DNA of 37,485 nucleotides, taken from Methanobacteriota archaeon (GTDB lineage Archaea; Halobacteriota; Methanosarcinia; Methanosarcinales; Methanoperedenaceae). The stretch spans positions 1 through 37,485 of the forward strand of contig JAHIFK010000234.1 of the NCBI GenBank assembly GCA_018900975.1, in the 5' to 3' direction. The notes below the pieces were generated by a model that worked only from the letters and a program-made list of their open reading frames with translations, was not told where the DNA came from and ran no database searches. The position numbers and the translations under genes are program-made. This document shows, in pieces, positions 26,880-35,154 of this stretch (the stretch's first letter is position 1; the number at the start of each line of letters is the position of its first letter).

Positions 26880-28316
26880 ATGAGTGAGGCAGTCAGAGCA
26901 TCGGTCAAAGCAACCGACACAAAAAAAGAGAATCAAGTTTCACAGGTGCAGAAGGGTAATTTTAAACAGCCACTCAGTTCACCTGTTGAGCAAATTCTCT
27001 TTCTTCAAAGAACCTTAGGCAACCAGGCAGTCCAAAAATACATGAAGTCTGGAGCGCTTCAGGCTAAACTCAAGATAGGCGCACCTGACGATTTTTACGA
27101 GCAGGAGGCTGACAGGGTGGCAGACGCAGTTTTGAGGATGCCGCAGCCGCAGGTTTCTGAAGTTGTACATTCGGACAGAACCAGGGGTATTCAGAGGCAG
27201 TGTCCCAGATGTACGAAAAAGAATGCAAAGGAAGAAGAAGTGATACAGACCAAAGTAGCTGCCGGACATACCCCAAAAGTCACACTAGATGTGGATAACA
27301 GCATCCGCGGTATCCGCGGCGGTGGGCAGTCCCTGCCTGAATCTGTTCGCAGTTTCTTCGAGCCGCGTTTCGGTCATGATTTCAGCCGCGTGAGAGTGCA
27401 TAATGATGTAAAGTCATCCGAATCCGCACAAATGCTCAATGCAAAAGCGTATACACTTGGCTCTGATATAGTGTTCGGAGCAGGGCAGTATGCTCCGGAT
27501 ACGGCTGAAGGTAAACGTTTGGTGGGACACGAGCTAGCTCATGTTATCCAGCAGGACAGGGATCGGAATAACATTATACGCAGGTACACTGCTGCAGAAC
27601 GCACAACATGTCCATGCCTTGACTGGTCTCTTATTCGAATGAATACGACTGCCAGATTGATGCAAACAGGCGGTGAATTCACAGGCAGGGTTTATGCCTC
27701 AGCATTCATGCGGCGTTATCTGGACGGGATCAGCAGTGATGCATACGTGAATTTCTATGATTTTAAATCAGATACGGGAGGTGCTGCCGCGTTGACTTCA
27801 GCCAATAATGATCTGAGCAACCTGTTCCTTGCCGAGGCAGATAGCTTACCCTGTAGCGGTTCACGGAGCGGTTTGACAAAGAACGTGACGGTTCCTGGAC
27901 ACTTTACACATGGCACAGACCTTTTTTATGCAATGGGCGGATTTTCACTGGAAGCCCGTGGCACAGGTTCTGTCGAAAAAACCTGTGATGACACCGGAAC
28001 CTGTACGGGTATTACGGCAACAATAGATATCCGTTACCGTGTCAATGACCTGTATGACTGGAAAGCAGACCCCGGAGGCTGCACGCCAAGTACAGGGGAA
28101 TCAGGCTGCACTGCAAACACAAAAACAGTTACATTGCCTGTCATCGGGCTTATTTGTGATGAATGCCTGAACCGGCTGGCCATCCACGGGTGGGCAAGTG
28201 AGTTCATGGTCAAGGTGCGGGGAAGTGCAAGTGGTTATACCATTAGGGGCCCCTGTGGTTTCCGAAATCCCACGACCGAACCTAACACCAGGGATAATCA
28301 GCGTGGAGATGCTTGA
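26880..28316 (+). CDS. DUF4157 effector 2 with Cys-rich C-terminal domain of unknown function
   Basis: Same leader motifs and HELAH; ATG at 26880 after AGGAGA; unique C-terminal ~243 aa. Confidence 0.85.
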   Translation: MSEAVRASVKATDTKKENQVSQVQKGNFKQPLSSPVEQILFLQRTLGNQAVQKYMKSGALQAKLKIGAPDDFYEQEADRVADAVLRMPQPQVSEVVHSDRTRGIQRQCPRCTKKNAKEEEVIQTKVAAGHTPKVTLDVDNSIRGIRGGGQSLPESVRSFFEPRFGHDFSRVRVHNDVKSSESAQMLNAKAYTLGSDIVFGAGQYAPDTAEGKRLVGHELAHVIQQDRDRNNIIRRYTAAERTTCPCLDWSLIRMNTTARLMQTGGEFTGRVYASAFMRRYLDGISSDAYVNFYDFKSDTGGAAALTSANNDLSNLFLAEADSLPCSGSRSGLTKNVTVPGHFTHGTDLFYAMGGFSLEARGTGSVEKTCDDTGTCTGITATIDIRYRVNDLYDWKADPGGCTPSTGESGCTANTKTVTLPVIGLICDECLNRLAIHGWASEFMVKVRGSASGYTIRGPCGFRNPTTEPNTRDNQRGDA

Positions 28317-28386
28317 ACATGAAATAATATGATTCATTGCAGAGGGACAGAGATGAGAGAAAAGATAAGTTACAAAAACAGAACCC

Positions 28387-29256
28387 ATGAAAGAAGAAGA
28401 AGAGGAGAAGCTGCAAAGGAAACCAGTGGAAGAGGAGGAGGAAGAGCTTCAGGCGAAGGAAACATCAGGTAGTATCTCTGAAATAGATCCTGATCTCGAA
28501 TCAAATATCCAGTCCATCAAAGGCGCAGGGCAACCATTGTCTGCGTCTGAAAGGGCATTCTTTGAACCGCGTTTCGGAGCTGATTTTGGCAAAGTACGCG
28601 TGCACAACGACACGCGGGCAGCCGATGTGGCTCAATCGGTCAATGCCCGTGCTTTTACACTTGGACACGATGTGGTGTTCGGTGCAGGACAATATTCTCC
28701 GGGAAAGGGTGAAGGGAGACGTTTGCTGGCACATGAATTGACACATGCGGTACAGCAACAGGGGTTGAAATCCAGGGCAGAAAATCATGAAAGCAGAAAA
28801 AATATTGGTGCCGCAGGAATGACCGGACCGATGTTCCATAACATGAAAGATGGCACACTGCAGAAAGCGGCGCCAGCAATCGGAATTGGTGCCCTGGCGG
28901 GAAAGTGCATCATCGGCGCGATTATTGGAGTCCTCTTAGACCTCGGCATACAGGGCGCATTGCACATGTGGAAGAAGCGGACATGGCGTTTCTGGAGAAT
29001 GACCGTAGATTATTGCTCCCTCATACTCTCTGCTGTTTTGAGTTGCATCGGCGGAATTGCAGCAGCTAAATGGCTTGAGCCATGGATAAACAGTGCATTA
29101 GGTGGCAGGCTGGGGGGAATAGGGGGTACGTTACTTGGCAGAATTCTTATATTTATCGCCAACAAACTTGGTATCGGAGTTCCGAAATTCATTTTAAAGA
29201 CGTTGCTGAAATTAAACTGCATCAGCAAAGATCAGGCGAAAGTTATCGGAGGATAG
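28387..29256 (+). CDS. 5'-truncated DUF4157 effector 3 with hydrophobic Gly-rich C-terminal domain (possible orphan cassette or pseudogene)
   Basis: Starts inside the acidic linker; lacks the LQRxxGN/EQEAD leader; HELTH intact. Confidence 0.75.
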   Translation: MKEEEEEKLQRKPVEEEEEELQAKETSGSISEIDPDLESNIQSIKGAGQPLSASERAFFEPRFGADFGKVRVHNDTRAADVAQSVNARAFTLGHDVVFGAGQYSPGKGEGRRLLAHELTHAVQQQGLKSRAENHESRKNIGAAGMTGPMFHNMKDGTLQKAAPAIGIGALAGKCIIGAIIGVLLDLGIQGALHMWKKRTWRFWRMTVDYCSLILSAVLSCIGGIAAAKWLEPWINSALGGRLGGIGGTLLGRILIFIANKLGIGVPKFILKTLLKLNCISKDQAKVIGG

Positions 29257-29397
29257 GGAAATCTTTAGGTTCCTCCCTCCGAAGTATCCGTAACAAGTTT
29301 CGATGATGCACGGATCCATGAAAACGAAAAGCCGCTTGATCAGTGTCATACGTATTCGATTTTGAACTAAACATGTTAACATGAAAAATTAATTTTT

Positions 29398-30072
29398 ATG
29401 CAAACAGAAACTCAGAATAAAAATAAAGAGGTATTGCGTGAAGAACACAAGGAATTAGCCGAAGGTCTGCTCTACACCCACACCCGCATCAACGCCAACA
29501 CCAAAAAAACATTAGAATCAACCTCATTCCTCTACGCTCTCATCGAACTGCTCAGCGAAAAGGGATTGATCTCGATCGAGGAACTGGACAAGCGGAAAAA
29601 TCAGGTGGCAGAGAGGTTGGTAAAGAAGTTCGTAGAGAGCGGCATGGGACTTATGTATCAGGATCCTGAGGAAGACAAATATACGTTCGAACATGAAGCC
29701 TGTGTGGACTGCGGGAGCAGGATGCAAACATGCAAGGCTATGTGCTGCAAATTCCCGTTCGCCCTGTCTAAACAGGATGTGGACGAGGGTATCATCCGCT
29801 GGGAGTTCGGGAGACCATATCTTATCGCACATGATACTGATGGTTACTGTGTTCATATGGATAGGGAGACGTACCACTGCAAAGTGCGCGACCACCGCCC
29901 TGTGCCGTGCAGGGGTTTTACCTGCGAGAATAATGAAAAATGGCATGTCTGGAATGATTATGAGGCAATGGTCATTAACCAGGAAATGATGGAAAAGATC
30001 AATCAGGATAACAAAAAAATTTATGCGATTTCAAAGACAAAATCAAATGGAGGAGAGGCTGGAAGTTCATAG
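29398..30072 (+). CDS. YkgJ/CxxCxxCC-family cysteine-cluster protein with N-terminal helical extension
   Basis: DC..R...CKAMCC, GYCVH, YHCKV...RPVPCRGFTC motifs. Confidence 0.85.
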   Translation: MQTETQNKNKEVLREEHKELAEGLLYTHTRINANTKKTLESTSFLYALIELLSEKGLISIEELDKRKNQVAERLVKKFVESGMGLMYQDPEEDKYTFEHEACVDCGSRMQTCKAMCCKFPFALSKQDVDEGIIRWEFGRPYLIAHDTDGYCVHMDRETYHCKVRDHRPVPCRGFTCENNEKWHVWNDYEAMVINQEMMEKINQDNKKIYAISKTKSNGGEAGSS

Positions 30073-30108
30073 AATAGTCTTCATCCTTTTATTAGCAGTT
30101 TGTTGTGT

Positions 30109-30124
30109 TAAAAGTTATAATACA
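30109..30124 (+). promoter_or_regulatory. Probable BRE/TATA promoter of effector 4
   Basis: AAAAG-TTATAATA about 40 bp upstream of the ATG at 30160. Confidence 0.45.
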
Positions 30125-30139
30125 TATATTTAAGATCAT

Positions 30140-30425
30140 TTAATTTCAAGGATATAACAATGAGTGAGGCAATCAGAACAGCGGTCAAAGCACCTGAGAT
30201 AAAAAAAGAGAATCAGGGTTTGCAGGTACAGAAAGACAATTTCTACCAGCCACTCAGTTCACCTGTTGAACAAATTCTTTTTCTTCAAAGGACAGTCGGT
30301 AACCATGCTGTGCAGAGGATCATGAAGTCGGGAGCGATGCAGGCTAAACTCAGGATAGGTGCGCCGGGCGATGTTTATGAGCAGGAGGCTGACAGGGTGG
30401 CGGATGCAGTGATGAGGATGCCGGA
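30140..30425 (+). repeat. 5' UTR plus leader block highly similar to ~26860-27145
   Basis: ATTTCAAGGA(G/T)ATAACAATGAGTGAGGCA...CAGCCACTCAGTTCACCTGTTGA...GAGCAGGAGGCTGACAGGGTGGC shared by effectors 2 and 4. Confidence 0.85.
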
Positions 30426-32631
30426 GCCAAATGCGGTTTCTGGAAAGACATCAGATAATCCCGTCCAGCCCGCATGTCCGAAGTGCTCAGATCGGCGCCT
30501 GCCGGAAGAGCAAGATATCTTGCAGCTAGAAGAAGTCCCGGGCTCGACTCTTGAAATCAAGCAGGGAATGGAAACCGATATTAATGCCATCAGAAGCGGT
30601 GGTCAACCATTGCCTGAATCTGCGCGGGTTTTCTTTGAGCCTCGTTTTGGACTGGATTTCAGCGGAGTGAGGGTGCATACGGATGCGAAGGCGGCGGATG
30701 CGGCGCGAGCAGTGAATGCGCGGGCGTTTACGGTGGGAAGGGATGTGGTGTTCGGAAAGGGAGAATATGCGCCCATGACAGAAACCGGAAAGACCCTGAT
30801 GGCGCATGAGTTGACACATGCAGTGCAGCAACGATCAGCCCCTCTTCTTGATAACATTCAACGTTTCAGTTACGGTGAACATCAATCAGTAGGTGATATC
30901 GGTTCTGGAGGGAAATATGTTATCCTTTTTGAGGGAAGGGGGGGTTTACCTGAATATAAGATCAGTTACGGAGAGATGGTAGCCCTGGCAGGGGACTATT
31001 TTGGGTCTCTGGATGAGATGAAAAGGCTTGCTTCCACTGCATCAGGACAGCGTAAGCTTGATTATGCCCGTTCAAAAGGGGGCGCAGTTAATGAGCCTAT
31101 TGGTATTACTGAAGAAGAAAAAAAAGAAATTGATGACCTCTATTTTAGATTAAATCTGAGTAATTTTCACCACTTTTCCCGAACTACGACCCACGACAAT
31201 AACCTGAATTATTACCTGAAAGGGCATGAAAAAGCCTTGAATGAAGCATTCATGGCAAAGATGAGAGGTAAATCCATTGATGAAGCGGTGCTTATAGAAT
31301 CTTTCCATACTCATTTCCTTACCGATGCTTTTACTGGGGGACATATCACTTCACCAAGACAGGAAGCTTCAGAGTATTGGGGAAAAATTTATCCGCTCTT
31401 TGTGGAGAACTTCTTCAATCATTTAGCAGAGCATATGGCCACTCATATTAATGATAACACGATCATAGCCGGGACGTTCAAGACCATTGCCGGACTTAAA
31501 TCAATTATTATCAGTGAGGTTAAGAGCCTGGCTCCGGCAGGGGTTAACGGATACTCCCTGGGAGGGCTCATCTCCATAGCTATTCATGACTGGTATAATA
31601 AGACAGGGCTTGATGTTGTGTCTGAAGTGGATGCAAATGGAAAGCAGGTAGAGGGGGGATACAAATGGAAGGCATTCGGTGAGATAACTAAACTGGATGA
31701 AAGAGTGGCCCAGGATCAAAAGCAGATGGTCGTTTCAGCAGTCAGGGCAGGACTCGAAGAAATATCCGTTGCCCATGAATGTGAAAACATAGAATGTTTT
31801 AAGGGAATAGGTTCAAATTCCAAGGTGGCAAAATTTGTCCCAAAAATTGATCCAACATCGAAGAGAAATATTGACTTTAAATGGAAGTTTACAACCGTTG
31901 ATGGTGTTATAAATAACAATGATTTGATGACTGCGATATCGGAGACGATAGGACCTAATGGTGAGATTGGCAAATTGTTAAGTGGAGCTGCAAAGAAATT
32001 GTCCACTTCAAAGCAGGGTACGAACCCACAGGCTGCTTTCGAAGACTGGCTATCCAGATTAAGGAATAATACAGGACTTGTATTAAAGGAAATAGCCAAT
32101 TATGTACCCGGTGGAGTCGGCCACCACTTTTCAACAGACACAATGAGCAGGGACTATATCGAAGACTTGATGAAAAATGGAAGGCTTGAGGAGCTTACTA
32201 CCGTCCAGATGGTAGGGTTTATTAATAAAATGTTAAAAGGTGCAACCGGGAATGCGGATGAACAGGCGATCCTTAAAGTGCTCCGGGCTGCTAATAAAAA
32301 GGGGAATGTTTATGAAGTTGTAAATAATGTTGGCGGGTTCTGGCGTTTAGAAAAAGACTTCCAGGGGGAAGAATGGCATCTGCTCCTCAATGTGCTCACA
32401 GAAAAATATTTCCGTATATTGCCTAATAAAACAGATTTTGTTAGATGGCTTGTTAATAACACATACAGAGAATGGGGCGAAGAGGCATGTATCACTGTTT
32501 TAAATGCTGCTAACAAGTCTGAATTCACGGACATTGTGAAAAATATTACTAAGAAGAAATTGGACAGTTTTCTAGATGGAGCCGAGCAGAAGCGATTCGA
32601 TGAGCTATTAATTATACATAATTATATTTAA
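30160..32631 (+). CDS. DUF4157 effector 4 with Zn-dependent phospholipase C-like domain and annexin-like helical C-terminus
   Basis: Leader and HELTH; then F..GEH...GD, YGEMVALAGDYF, N..HF, H..AL, FHTHFLTDAFTGGH and HD..N..GL motifs; C-terminal GATGNADEQAILKVL. Confidence 0.8.
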   Translation: MSEAIRTAVKAPEIKKENQGLQVQKDNFYQPLSSPVEQILFLQRTVGNHAVQRIMKSGAMQAKLRIGAPGDVYEQEADRVADAVMRMPEPNAVSGKTSDNPVQPACPKCSDRRLPEEQDILQLEEVPGSTLEIKQGMETDINAIRSGGQPLPESARVFFEPRFGLDFSGVRVHTDAKAADAARAVNARAFTVGRDVVFGKGEYAPMTETGKTLMAHELTHAVQQRSAPLLDNIQRFSYGEHQSVGDIGSGGKYVILFEGRGGLPEYKISYGEMVALAGDYFGSLDEMKRLASTASGQRKLDYARSKGGAVNEPIGITEEEKKEIDDLYFRLNLSNFHHFSRTTTHDNNLNYYLKGHEKALNEAFMAKMRGKSIDEAVLIESFHTHFLTDAFTGGHITSPRQEASEYWGKIYPLFVENFFNHLAEHMATHINDNTIIAGTFKTIAGLKSIIISEVKSLAPAGVNGYSLGGLISIAIHDWYNKTGLDVVSEVDANGKQVEGGYKWKAFGEITKLDERVAQDQKQMVVSAVRAGLEEISVAHECENIECFKGIGSNSKVAKFVPKIDPTSKRNIDFKWKFTTVDGVINNNDLMTAISETIGPNGEIGKLLSGAAKKLSTSKQGTNPQAAFEDWLSRLRNNTGLVLKEIANYVPGGVGHHFSTDTMSRDYIEDLMKNGRLEELTTVQMVGFINKMLKGATGNADEQAILKVLRAANKKGNVYEVVNNVGGFWRLEKDFQGEEWHLLLNVLTEKYFRILPNKTDFVRWLVNNTYREWGEEACITVLNAANKSEFTDIVKNITKKKLDSFLDGAEQKRFDELLIIHNYI

Positions 32632-32634
32632 ACG

Positions 32635-33681
32635 CTAGATAACATCCTTCAATAACTCCACATTCCCTCCAACATTCCATCTGAACAGATACACTCCGCT
32701 CTCATCTATATAAACAAAGGTATTATGGGTATAATCTTTTTCAATCACCCACGAACCTGAATTCACGAATAACATCCTGTAATCCTTGTCGTTTTTGTGG
32801 AAAGTATGCTCATATATCTCAGGCACATGCGTGTGCCCGAAGACGAAGTTCACATCATCTCCGGTCTTGTCCTTGTCAAAATCGTAATATTTCTTTTCAA
32901 TTATCGTTTCTACATCGCTGTACTTCGGTCTGTCCTCGACGTACCATTTGAGCCTGCTCCACACTTTATCCTGCAAATACGTGAATAGCCTCGGTATTGA
33001 CAATAAAAATGAACCGACTGAAATAGTTAGAAGTATGTCATTTTTCCATATCATGTATGCGGCGCTGGAAATAACAAATAGCACAACGATCGACCAGCCG
33101 TTCATCGGAAAGATATTAGAGAATGCGCCTGATATTTCAGCAGTTTTTGTTGGGATTTTTGCCAGAGGTCCAACAAGAAGGAACATTTTATCGAACTGTT
33201 GTCCGTGCAGGAAAAAATATTTTCTCGCTCCGACCTGCAAAAATCCTTTTTCTTTATCATGCGGATCTTCCGGATAATGCCGGTTTATTAATGTAAAATT
33301 TTTTTTGATCCCAAAACTATGCTTATAAACAGGATAATCTTCTCTCAGTTTAAATTTATCAAGATATTTTGAAACATTCTCATCATGATTGCCTAGCACA
33401 AATATCTTCTCACATTTGAGGTTCATGAGTTTCGTGAACGGCTCAATAGCTTCCTGGACAGTATATTTAATGTTATTATCCTTTGGGGCCCATAATTCAA
33501 GGATGTCACCGAGCAAGATGAGCTTTTCAGGAGGGTTCAGTCTAACTTCTTTTCCTCCTGACCTGATGCTCTCTCCACCTTTTTTTTCAAGTTCAGCCAA
33601 CCAATCTAAGAACTTCGAGAAATCATCATGTTTTGATGATTCGCTACCCAGATGAATATCTGATACAACAATTATGCTCAC
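32635..33681 (-). CDS. Calcineurin-like metallophosphoesterase (LpxH-like) with two predicted TM helices
   Basis: SDIHLG, LLGDI, GNHD, HG..FD, FGHTH and NSGSW motifs; hydrophobic segments WSIVVLFVISSAAYMIW and ILLTISVGSFLLSI. Confidence 0.88.
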   Translation of the reverse strand: MSIIVVSDIHLGSESSKHDDFSKFLDWLAELEKKGGESIRSGGKEVRLNPPEKLILLGDILELWAPKDNNIKYTVQEAIEPFTKLMNLKCEKIFVLGNHDENVSKYLDKFKLREDYPVYKHSFGIKKNFTLINRHYPEDPHDKEKGFLQVGARKYFFLHGQQFDKMFLLVGPLAKIPTKTAEISGAFSNIFPMNGWSIVVLFVISSAAYMIWKNDILLTISVGSFLLSIPRLFTYLQDKVWSRLKWYVEDRPKYSDVETIIEKKYYDFDKDKTGDDVNFVFGHTHVPEIYEHTFHKNDKDYRMLFVNSGSWVIEKDYTHNTFVYIDESGVYLFRWNVGGNVELLKDVI

Positions 33682-33775
33682 TCATACCACTGTTTTATTC
33701 ATGGAAACCCTGGTATATATACATTTTCCAGATGCAAAATGATAAATTTTTTTCTGCTACATCCTCTTATATTTT

Positions 33776-34948
33776 CTACCCCATCTTCTTATACATCCTC
33801 GCCTGGAACCCATGATACTTGCAGACCCCTTCAGCATCCTTCTGGTCTATCGCCTTGCTGTCAAAAGACGAAAACTCAGCAGAGTACAGCGCATACGGTG
33901 AACTCCTTGCCACGACCTTTGCGCTTCCTTTGTAGAGCCTTAACTTAACAGTCCCCGTAACCCTCTCCTGCGAATTATCAATAAATGCATTCAGGTCAGC
34001 GAATAGAGGCTCATCCACCAGACCCTTGTAAGCAAGCTCGCTCCAGGTCTCATCCACCAGCGACTTGAACCTGAGTTCGTCCCTTGTGAGCACAAGCCTT
34101 TCAAGGTCCTTATGCGCAGTCAATATAATTGTTGCAGCAGGATGCTCGTAATTCTCCCTTGCCTTAAGACCCAGGACCCTGTCCTCCATCATGTCAGTGC
34201 GCCCCACGCCGTGAGCGCCGCCGATCCTGTTAAGTTCTTGAATAAGTAAAACGCCATCCATCTTCTTCCCGTTCACAAACACAGGCACGCCATGCTCAAA
34301 ACCGATATCGATCTCTTCTGCGTCTCCTGCTTTCTCAGGCGATACTGTCCACTCGAATATCTCCTCAGGCGGAACAAAATCAGGTTCTTCAAGCCGCCCG
34401 CCCTCGATGCTTCGGCTCCAGATATTCTCATCCACGCTCCAGGGCTTTGACTTCGTGACAGAAACGGGTATCCCGTGCTCCTTTGCATATTCCATCTCCC
34501 ATTCGCGCGTGAGGTTCATGTCCCTCATGGGCGCAAAAACATCAAGCGTCGTGCTTCGGAACACTGTCTCGAACCTTAACTGGTCGTTACCTTTGCCAGT
34601 ACAGCCGTGCGCCAGCGCATGGGCATTTTCTTTCTTTGCGACTTCTACTACTTTCTTCGCTATTAGCGGACGAGCTATCGACGTGCCCAGCACATAACCT
34701 TCATAACTGCCATTGGCTTTGATGAGAGGGAAGATATAATCCTTAACGAACTCATCCTTCGCGTCAATAGTGATATGTTTCTGGCTGATCAACGCGGCTT
34801 TTTTCTCAGCCATCTCTATCTCTTTTTCGGGCTGCCCCACGTCCACTGTGACCGTGACCGCATAATCGCAGCCGTAATGTTCCTTCAAAAGGGGGATGCA
34901 CACCGAGGTGTCAAGCCCGCCAGAATAAGCAAGTACTACCTTTTTCAT
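33776..34948 (-). CDS. argG: Argininosuccinate synthase
   Basis: [32 protein letters not shown] and SVDENIW motifs. Confidence 0.97.
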   Translation of the reverse strand: MKKVVLAYSGGLDTSVCIPLLKEHYGCDYAVTVTVDVGQPEKEIEMAEKKAALISQKHITIDAKDEFVKDYIFPLIKANGSYEGYVLGTSIARPLIAKKVVEVAKKENAHALAHGCTGKGNDQLRFETVFRSTTLDVFAPMRDMNLTREWEMEYAKEHGIPVSVTKSKPWSVDENIWSRSIEGGRLEEPDFVPPEEIFEWTVSPEKAGDAEEIDIGFEHGVPVFVNGKKMDGVLLIQELNRIGGAHGVGRTDMMEDRVLGLKARENYEHPAATIILTAHKDLERLVLTRDELRFKSLVDETWSELAYKGLVDEPLFADLNAFIDNSQERVTGTVKLRLYKGSAKVVARSSPYALYSAEFSSFDSKAIDQKDAEGVCKYHGFQARMYKKMG

Positions 34949-34971
34949 ACCCGCGTTAATAAGTGCGGAAA

Positions 34972-34990
34972 GATTAATAGTTTTTGTTCT
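34972..34990 (-). promoter_or_regulatory. Probable BRE/TATA promoter of argG (leaderless-type spacing)
   Basis: Minus strand reads AAAAAC-TATTAAT about 25 nt upstream of the ATG. Confidence 0.45.
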
Positions 34991-35004
34991 TGAAAATGAG
35001 AATT

Positions 35005-35074
35005 AGTCCGAGGGGGGATTTTCACCCCCGATTAGCAACAGAAGAGCAACCCGTAGGAGGTAGCGGGCTCGGAC
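35005..35074 (-). ncRNA. tRNA-like structured element (acceptor stem plus T-arm mimic, no anticodon arm)
   Basis: Minus strand: GTCCGAG-CCCG(CTACCTCCTA)CGGG-20 nt-GGGGG(TGAAAAT)CCCCC-CTCGGAC-T; three perfect stems in an AT-rich intergenic region. Confidence 0.55.
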
Positions 35075-35097
35075 ACATGTAAATATACACCACTATA

Positions 35098-35124
35098 AAT
35101 CATTGTAATCATTATAATCATGTA
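35098..35124. repeat. 9-bp imperfect tandem repeat x3
   Basis: AATCATTGT AATCATTAT AATCATGTA. Confidence 0.6.
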
Positions 35125-35154
35125 CGCCTCCAATATATATTACGGAGTGCCATC

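Larger units (their letters stand above)
3140..32631 (+). other. Complete extracellular contractile injection system (eCIS) gene cluster with effector array
   Basis: ATPase, cap, sheath, tubes, chaperone, LysM, hub/spike, PAAR, gp25, baseplates, fibre and DUF4157 genes; no capsid, terminase, portal or T6SS membrane complex genes. Confidence 0.93.

Noticed and set aside
32635-33681. Metallophosphoesterase as an immunity protein for the PLC effector
   Set aside because: Convergent orientation and a generic family; adjacency is the only support.
32632-33775. attR copy of the tRNA-Ile 3' end at the right border
   Set aside because: No match to TCGCAACGGGCCCA found by eye.
35005-35074. Canonical tRNA, tRNA-Pyl, or cobalamin/FMN riboswitch
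   Set aside because: No anticodon stem and no TTC in the T-loop; only the T-loop word GGTGAAAATCC resembles those riboswitches and their other conserved elements are absent.
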